In this document: positions 54,078 to 64,000 of the stretch, in pieces
Position numbering within the stretch: position 1 is the first letter of the stretch
How the letters are laid out: every line of letters starts with the position of its first letter
Assembly (NCBI GenBank): GCA_951406725.2
Contig: OX597818.1
Span: forward strand, 73,284,001 to 73,348,000
Length of the DNA stretch: 64,000 nt
Direction of reading: 5' to 3'
DNA from: Octopus vulgaris
Lineage: Eukaryota
Notes under the pieces: generated by a model
Databases searched by the model: none
What the model was told of the DNA's origin: nothing
What the model saw: only the letters and a program-made list of their open reading frames with translations
Made by a program: the position numbers and the translations under genes

Positions 54078-54218
54078 AAGTAGCTTGCTTACTAGCCACA
54101 TGCTTCCGGGTTCATTCCTACTGCGTGGCACCTTGGACAAGTCTCTTCTACTCTAGCCTCGGGCCGACCAAAGCCTTGTGAGTGGATTTGGTAGAAGGAA
54201 CCTGAAAGAAGTCCGTCG

Positions 54219-54271
<53 letters not shown>

Positions 54272-54472
54272 CTGTGTGTCTGTGTCTGTCCCCCCAACAT
54301 CGCTTGACAACCGATGTTGGTGTGTTTACGTCCCTGTAACTTAGCGGTTCGGCATAAGATACCGATAGAATAAGTACTAGGCTTACAAAGAATGGGGTCG
54401 ATTTGCTCGACTAAAGGCGGTGTTCCAGAATGGCCGCAGTCAAACGACTGAAAAAAGTAAAAGAGTAAAGAG
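54078..54472 (+). mobile_element. OR-type SINE body
   Basis: Collinear with the 20521-20944 copy from the tRNA-like region to the aagtaaaagagtaaag tail. Confidence 0.9.
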
Positions 54473-54521
54473 TAATAGAATATATATACCCTGCGTATAC
54501 ATAATGTGTGTATGTGTATAC

Positions 54522-54557
<36 letters not shown>

Positions 54558-55111
54558 AAGCCGAGTATAGAGATAGAAGAGGTAAACCACAATATCATTG
54601 GATATATGGGCTATTTTTATTGAATGATATTATGGACAGTTATATACAGAACTTCAAATTTCTGACAGATATTCAGCTATCGTCGGCCCAGTGTGTTGTG
54701 TGTAAGAAACGTCTAGTGAAAACGCCTGTAAATATTCACTGAATGGTCAATAAACAGGCAATATTAATTTCTATTGCCATGTCATTAGAATTTGAGGGAT
54801 ATTTACACACGCACTCACACGAATATATGCGCGCTCACACATACTCACAGATATACACACATGTACACACACACACAAACACATACACGCATATATACTG
54901 ACACACACCCACTGCTATTCCCTCCCTTCCTCTTCTTTCTCCCTCTGTATTATTCTCATAACAATTTTAGTTGACATTTGTTATTAATTAGTATGCGCTC
55001 ATAAATAATATATCACATTTGCCCGATTTAGTAATAAATACTATAAGTATCCCATTGTTGCATTATATTAGTTGGGGCTATGAAACTTATTTGCAGTCAT
55101 ATATGAATTTC

Positions 55112-56110
55112 TTGTAGGGGTGACTGTGTCGTAAGAAACTTGTTTCCCAACCACATGGTTCCGAGTGCAGCCCCACTCTGTGGCCCCTTTTGGCCAAGCA
55201 CGCGGAATTCTGTTCTTGATTCGACGGTCATTCGGAATGCTCACAGCAGCCATATTCCTACCACTCTATGTCACGCTGGTGAGACCCATATTGGAGTATG
55301 GGATTCAAGCCTCTTCTCCTTATCTCCTCAAAGACATACAGCATCTCGAAAGAGTCCAGAAGCTGGCTACCCGCATGGTTCATGGTCTCAAAAATTTGTC
55401 CTACGAAGAAAGGCTGAGGACGCTCGACCTTTATTCTCTTAAAAAACGCCGCCGCCGTGGTGATCTCATTCTCGCCCACAACATCATAAGCGGAAAGTGT
55501 AACCTCTCGAAAGAGCTGTTTTTCACTCCTGCTCCAGAGCGTCGGCTGCGGGGTCATTCCGAAAAGCTCTACCTGCGACGATTTCATCTCAATCGAAGGA
55601 GAGGAGCTTTCTCCGTCTGGGTTGCGGATCCGTGGAACAAGCTGCCAGACGAGATGGTGAAGATGCCGACGACCGCTTTGTTCAAAGCCTCCCTTGACCT
55701 CAAGTGGCCTGAACTCTTTACATGAACACCACCCTGTACTTAACTCCATGTCCCCCTACATGGCCTTGCTATTTGCTTTTGAGCCAAATTAACTAACTAA
55801 CTAACTAACTACTATAGACTCGGGTGACTAAGGCCTTGTCAGTGGATTTGGTTGACCGAAACTGAAATTAGCCCGTCGTATATATATATATTTATGTGTG
55901 TGTGTGTGTGTGTGTGAGCGTGTGTATATGTGTGTGTTTATTTGTGTGTCTGTGTTTCCCCACCATCGCTTGACAACTGGTGTTGGTGTATTTATGTCCC
56001 CGTATCTTAGCGGTTAAGCAAAAGAAACCGATAGAATAAATACTTGGCTTACAAAGTATAAGTCCTGTGCTCCAGCATGACTGCAGTCAAATGTCTGAAA
56101 CATGTAAAAT
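55112..56110 (+). mobile_element. OR-type SINE split by a CR1 insertion
   Basis: Head ~55112-55197; resumes ctactatagactcggg at ~55809 through gtcaaatgtctgaaaca. Confidence 0.8.
55197..55810 (+). mobile_element. 5'-truncated CR1-clade LINE (ORF2 C-terminus and 3' UTR)
   Basis: LYVTLVRPILEY...LERVQKLATRMV.GL..LSYEERL..LDLYSL..RR.RGDLI...WNKLP; (TAAC)n tail at 55790-55810. Confidence 0.92.
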
Positions 56111-57293
56111 TGTAACCACCGAATTTTCGCTGGGTTGTACATGATGAGGAAATATAATTGTACAATTCAACAACGAACAAATTTACTCTGTACAGTTAAA
56201 GTAAAAAAAAAATATTGAGTCTGCATCTTGTATCTTCTTATCACTAACTAGAAACATGACTAATACAATTTTCAACATTTGGAGCATGATAACTACTAAA
56301 TTTGCAACATTAGTTCGACCGACATAGAAACAAGTATAGTGCCATCTATAGACTGTTCTATAGACTATTCCCTATATTCTCACGAGCCAACGAAGGGAGA
56401 TCACAAATTCTTCTGGTAATGGAGTCCAGTTTTCCCTCATAACACACCATATCATCATAGAAAGCTGACATATTAGATACAAATACATGATGGTCGCGGC
56501 GTAAATGATTTTTATGAAAAGTTTTCGATAGCCATGTTCTAACTAAGGTTAATTGAAACAAAAAAGATCTGATGAAAACTGATCTTGACTTAAGCGGAAA
56601 TATGTTCATTAATCGAAGGCGATTTTTACTGCCAATTTGGTATTTTGTTGTTTCTAGTTTATCATTAGATAATTGAGGTCACAGGTTCGAGCAAGTAAGT
56701 TATGAAACCATGACCCATCTAAATTTAAAATATCGCGGAATATAAATAATTTCACGTCTCAGCAACTCTTGATTTGGAATATTATTCATGGTATAGATGG
56801 TGTGCTTTGAGTACTTTAGGAAATAAATAAGCTGTGTCAAACACAGACCTTTGCAGTAGCAAAACTACAAATGATCAAAATTGAAATCTTTGGTTCATGT
56901 AAATTGCATTTATTGTTTATGAGAACGGTGTCACGAAGATACATTCAGTAAATTGTCTTGAAATCTTCATGGTCAGTATTGTTTAGAAACAATATCGAAT
57001 TTACTCGGACAGTAAAGATACAAAGTTCAAATATGTATGACGTCGTGCATTTCCACTTCAGATATTCTATCGGTTTTGATAAATCTTGTGTTGGTAGTGA
57101 AATGCGTTTTAGGGAATATAGGAAATTATTGATTTTATATGCACTTTTAAAAATTTAGGAAAGAGCAATATAATTGACTGAATCGGTTCCTTTTTTCTCT
57201 TCAAAGTTATAGAATAAACCCCACCTCAAAAGAATGAACATATATTTCAATGTATCAAAATAATAAGAAAAATGATATTTTTATTATTATTAT

Positions 57294-57347
<54 letters not shown>

Positions 57348-57360
57348 AGTGTTGGTAGTG

Positions 57361-57420
<60 letters not shown>

Positions 57421-58290
57421 AGAGTTGCCAGGATTGTATTGAAGCAGAGGAAAACAGCCTAGGTACTACATAAAAAATGCCGTGGAGCCACGATGTCATC
57501 AAAACTGAAAATTGTGTAACTAAAGAAAAATTTAAACAAACGAACAAAAAATTAAATAAATAAAAAGCATGGGACGAAAAGGAAATGTACGGTGAGTTTG
57601 GAGGCCAAGACAGATACAGAGGACCGGTGGCTATGGATGAGGAGGACTGACCTGAAGTTAGAGATAGAAGCACTCATATGTGCAGCTCAGGACCACCTAT
57701 ATGAAGTAAAGAATTGACAACAGTACCGGTTGTGACAAATGCAGAATGTGTGGTGAGAGGGGTGTGGCACATCTTTAGTGAATGCCCGAAATTGGCAAAA
57801 CGTGAATGCAAAAGACGCCTTAACCAATGTGGCAAGTATAATCCATTAGGAGCTCTGTCTAAATCACAGTATACAAAGAGCAAAGACGTGGTATGAGAAA
57901 AGTTGGGAAGGAGCCACTGTAAATAAGAATTGCAAAATCCCGTCGGAGGCAATGATCCAATGCGATCCACCGACCAGACATCGGAAACCGGACTTTGTTG
58001 CGGTAAATAAAAAAGCAAAAAACATGCATGATAATCGATATAGCATGTCCCGGGGACAACAGGATCAATGTGAAAGGAGGGAAATAAACAACTATGACGA
58101 TTTGAAGAGGGAAATACGAAGATTGTGGTCAATGAAGAGAGTAGATGTCATACCTATATTAATTGATACATTTGGAACTATCAGCACCCAGCTACCAACA
58201 TGGCTCAAAAATATCGGTACAAATGTAAACACAGAACATCTACGAAAATCAGTATTGCTTCGAACTGCAAGAAATCTTCCCAGGTACAAA
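57421..58290 (+). mobile_element. Degraded R4/Dong-type 3' fragment
   Basis: WDEKEMYGEF, EALICAAQ, WHIFSECPKLA, KPDFV, RRLWSMKRVDVIPILI; preceded by (TAG)n. Confidence 0.8.
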
Positions 58291-58444
58291 GGAATAATGT
58301 ATCGTGATATATACTATGATATACACATCTGATATATATATGATATATACTATGATATGCAGATGTGTAATTTATGCATTTTGCACTCGAGTTCATTAAT
58401 TTCTAAAGAATTTCGTTTACAATCGTTTATGCGATATGCTAATG

Positions 58445-58508
<64 letters not shown>

Positions 58509-58509
<1 letters not shown>

Positions 58510-59016
58510 CTTCGTAACACAGTGTACGTAAAAATGCACCGGAGTCTTTAGTCATCTGTCAAGTCACAACAAGGACCTCAGAGAGATAATACATTCCGTA
58601 AGATGTGCGCTATGCCCAATAAGGCTGCTTTTTACAAGACGTCAATCTTGCATGGGATTTCTCGTTGCCTTAAGAAGTTTTGAAGTTTCAATGGGATTGC
58701 GCCCTTTTATGTACCAAATTGTTTCCCCATAATCCGCTCCAGAATTCCGTGGCTTGATTTGCGTCAGGAGCAACATTTCCCCGATTCTTTACTAACGTTC
58801 TAAAGAATTACTCTGGGTTATTTTTGAACAATCTGTTCTCCTCTAAGTGCTTATTTCTGTTCACAAATCTTGTGATCTTCTGGCTTTTTGCCATGATCTT
58901 CTGCTCTAACTGCTCTATTACTGCATCAAACCTGTTCTTCCATATTTTATATTTCTTCTCTAATTTTTCCCGGTCGGTCTTTTTCCCATTTTCCCATAAC
59001 CTCTTAACTTTAAGTG
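58509..59016 (-). mobile_element. Deleted R4/Dong-type fragment
   Basis: (TAA)n on both sides in element sense; RLE C-terminal remnant resembling KAALLGIAHILRNVL. Confidence 0.6.
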
Positions 59017-59042
59017 TATATTATTATTATTATTATTATTAC

Positions 59043-59111
<69 letters not shown>

Positions 59112-59113
59112 AT

Positions 59114-59162
59114 CTGCGCTCGGTAGTGCAGTGAAAGCACGTGATAAATATGACTACTGAAT
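59114..59162 (+). mobile_element. ~50-bp 3' tip of a family-A-like Dong element
   Basis: ctgcgctcggtagtgcagtgaaagcacgtgataaatatgactactgaat matches the 3' end at 19388-19438; followed by (TAA)n then (GAA)/(GAT)n to ~59365. Confidence 0.8.
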
Positions 59163-61158
59163 AGTAATAATAATAATAATAATAATAATATGAAGAAGAA
59201 GAAGAAGGAGAAGAAGATGATGATGATGATGATGATGATGAAGAAGAAGAAGAAGAAGAAGAAGGAGGAGAAGAAGAAGAAGAAGAAGAAGAAGAAGAAG
59301 AAGAAGATAAAGAAGAAGAAGAAGAAAAATTAGAAGAAGAAGAAGAAGAAAAAGAAGAAGACAAAGAAAGCATTGATATGTCGTATAAACGAACATAAAC
59401 CAACTTCCTTAGAAATTAATGAGCTCGAGTGCAAAATGCACAAATTACAGATGTGTATATCATAGTACATTACAGTTTATCTGTCATATTCTATTCAATG
59501 TATAGTATATTTGTTATATTTAATATATATTTCAGTAGGCAAGATGGCAGGCTGGTTAGCTCGCCGGATGAATTGCTTAGCAGAATTTCGTCCGTCTTTA
59601 CGTTCTGAGTTCAAATTCCTCCGGGGTCGAATTTACCTTTCATTTTCTCAGAGTCTACCTAAGCCCTCCCTAAAATTGCTGATCTTATGCCAAAATGTGA
59701 GACCACTGGTAATATTATCATATTTGGTAGGCAAGTGCAAATATTTATGAACTAATATAAAACTATGCAGCTTTCACAGGGGAAATGAAGTGAAGAAACA
59801 GAAGGTAAATCTGGACGAGAAATAGAAATTCGGAAATTTTCTCATCAGATTTTTCCTCTTCTGCCCATGGAGCACATGTCATACTGTATCATCGAATTTT
59901 AGGATTAGTCGAACAAATCGAAGCCAATAATAATCTTAAATCTGACACTTCTATGCGACATTTTCTGCTGAGCCACAAAGTTACGAAAATGTGAACAAAA
60001 TAACGCCTCTTATAGAGCGGTGGTGGAAAAACATAGACTTAACGCGATATACATGGATGTATATATTCACACATGTCTTGAGCAAGAATCTCCGACTGTA
60101 GTCCCGCACCTACCAGAAAATATTTTTTGGTTTAGGAGTGAACCTGAACCATATGATTGCGATGTGAGCTTCTTCACTTGTGGGCCGTGTCTCTTAATAA
60201 ACTGGTTATACCTCTGAAAGCAATCTATGCATACACCAGAGAAATTTGACAGCGACGAACGAATACGCATTACATTTCAGAAAGTAACTGCTATTTCTAA
60301 CAAAATAATTTTGATGTTATATCTCATTTACATAAAATTCAACATAATTAGATTTTACTCTCCTTTCATTTTATGGATAAATATGTACAGGAAATCCGAC
60401 TCCCATTTCTTGTTTATTATCGATTGTAATAATAACTGAATGAAGATCCAATATTTATCGTCTATAGACAGACTGTCAGTTTTCAGTTTTAAGTTAACGC
60501 ATGCTATGTTGATTAAGCTATCTTTGCCATCTCAATATAATATTTGATATAAATGTTGGTTTGTTGATTTCTCTATTCACGCTTTACATTGCATACAGAA
60601 GAGAGTAAAAGTCTGACAAATTTATAATAAGCAGTGCAGGAGTAGAGGACATACCAGGCATGGTGCCACCCAATGGGTAAAAGAACGTTACACAAACAGT
60701 GAGACAGATAGGATGATAGAGACATATAGAAGTGGGGAAGAAGGAGGAGCGGAGTAAAGGGAGTAAATTACAGTGTATTTATGGGAGCAGTTACGCAAAA
60801 AAGAAACACGCGTAAGGTTATTTTGTTATTTACGTAGGCACAGTGTGACAGCGATTGGCATATTTATATTTCATTCCGTAGTAACATATTGTGAATGACG
60901 AATGAGTATGCCATCCCTTTGTTATTTAATTTCATTTTAAGTACTCATTATATCATATGTATAAGCACCAAGAAAATTTACATTAGCTAAATTATAATTA
61001 GTGATTGTATTCCATAATTCCCGATACCACCCATGGTGGCAAAGTATATTTTAAAAGTTACCCATTATATTATAGGTAAGGGATTAATTGTTCTAACATT
61101 TAGCTTCCATGGTGGTTGTAAGATAATCAAAGTTATTCAGATGTTTATATGGTAAGTG

Positions 61159-62541
<1,383 letters not shown>

Positions 62542-62645
62542 TATATATACATACATACATATATACTTTTTTCTTTTACTTGTTTCTATCCTTTGACTGT
62601 AGCCATGCTAGGGCACGACTTTTAATCGAATTTTAATCGAACAGA

Positions 62646-63048
62646 TTAAAGTTAAAAAAATATTGAGTCTGCATCTTGTAACCTCTTATCACTAACTAGA
62701 AACATGACTAATACGATTTTCAACATTTGGAGCATGATAACTACTAAATTTGCAGCATTAGTTCGACCGACATAGAAACACGTATAGTTCCATCTATAGA
62801 CTGTTCTATAGATTATTCCCTATATTCTCACGAGCCAACGAAGGGAGATCACAAATTCTTCTGGTAATGGAGTCCAGTTTTCCCTCATAACACACCATAT
62901 CATCATAGAAAACTGACGTATTAGATACAAATACATGATGGTCGCGGCGTATTGTTATGAAAAGTTTTCGATGGTCATGTTCTAACTAAGGTTAATTGAA
63001 ACGAAAAAGATCTGATGAAAACTGATCTTGACCTAAGCGGAAATATGT
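62646..63048 (+). repeat. Direct copy of 56196-56605, flanked by ~100-115-bp direct repeats
   Basis: High identity by eye from ttaaag...tattgagtctgcatcttgta to taagcggaaatatgt; flanking repeats 62533-62647 and 63055-63155. Confidence 0.92.
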
Positions 63049-63084
63049 ATATATGACACCCTGTATATATACATACATATATAC

Positions 63085-63520
63085 TTTTTTCTTTTACTTG
63101 TTTCTGTCCTTTGACTGTAGCCATAAATTTTAATCGAATTTTAATCGAACAGATTGAAGCCAGATATTTCTTAAAGTCTTATATTTTCTCCGCTAGGTTA
63201 CGAGGGCGTAACACACAATCACCGGTTGTCAAGCGGTGATTAGGAGAGAAGCACAGACACAATGACGTGCGCGCACACACACACAATGACGCGCGCGCGC
63301 ACACGCACACACACACACACACGTACGCACATACACTCATTCCTATATAAATGTATCCGAGAGTCTTTTTTCAGTTTCCGTCTACCAATCCACTCAGAAG
63401 GCTTTGGCTAGATGGATGCTATAGTAGAAGACACTTTCCCAAGATGCCACGCAGTGAGGCTGAACTCGGAACAATGTGGTTGAGAAACAAGCGCCTTGTC
63501 ACACAGACACATCTGCGCCT
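63085..63520 (-). mobile_element. Degraded OR-type SINE
   Basis: cttttacttgtttc tail, ccggttgtcaagcggtg, tcagtttccgtctaccaatccactca, cccaagatgccacgcagtg, tctgcgcc. Confidence 0.8.
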
Positions 63521-63573
63521 ATTTACATTCATATATGTATATATACACAGACACACAAACATACATGCATATA

Positions 63574-63629
<56 letters not shown>

Positions 63630-63722
63630 ATTCAAATATGAACAAAGAGAAAACACAACAACGCGAGGACGTGGAACAAGTATAGTGTTAAGGAGGCTCA
63701 GGAAAGGAAAGAAAAAAGGATG

Positions 63723-63757
63723 ATTTAACGTTTCGAGTGGAGCTCTTCGTCAGAAAC
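63723..63757 (-). ncRNA. Near-intact minimal type-I hammerhead in a (TA)n-anchored element (~63626-63900)
   Basis: Revcomp gttt-CTGACGA-a-gagctccactc-GAAA-cg-TT-aaat: intact core, gag/ctc helix II, palindromic ACGT helix III. Confidence 0.7.
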
Positions 63758-64000
63758 ATAGAAAAAGGAAAGGTCCAAGAAAGGGAAGGCGGAGAAAGAA
63801 AATCGCCAACGATAAACACGCGGTCCCATATTGAAATGAGGGGAATTGGTGAAGAAAAATTTCTTTCAAAGACAGGAGAGAGCAAGAGAAGGAGGTATGT
63901 GTTTGTATGTCTGGGTATGTGCGTGCGCGCAGGTCTGTGTGTGTGTGTGCATACGTTTGTAATGAGAACACGTATATATATATATATATATATGGGTGAG

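Noticed and set aside
56560-56605. CTGATGA...GAAA as a hammerhead (also ~63012, and CTGATGA at 7396)
   Set aside because: No helix I, II or III pairing around the motifs.

Overview
AT-rich, microsatellite-dense eukaryotic DNA, most likely an octopus genome (inferred from the tRNA-derived SINE families). I found no host protein-coding gene, rRNA, tRNA or CRISPR array; nearly all long ORFs are transposon remnants or microsatellite artefacts. Contents: (i) at least eight R4/Dong-type restriction-like-endonuclease (RLE) non-LTR retrotransposon copies or fragments, nearly all bounded by (TAA)n-type tracts, three stacked head-to-tail; (ii) three diverged L1/Tx1-clade elements lacking the RT core, one a 2.05-kb ORF1-only (HAL1-like) insertion with a 16-bp TSD; (iii) a Penelope-like element (PLE; GIY-YIG remnant, inverted pLTR) and several short elements next to (TA)n that carry type-I hammerhead ribozyme (HHR) motifs; (iv) two Tc1/mariner relics, a non-autonomous Helitron, a CR1 fragment and many SINEs. 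Most notable: a ~590-bp fold-back element (34723-35311) whose two minimal hammerheads both replace the conserved C3-G8 core pair with a compensatory A3-U8 pair. All coordinates and alignments were read by eye, so element ends are approximate unless a TSD or TIR is quoted.
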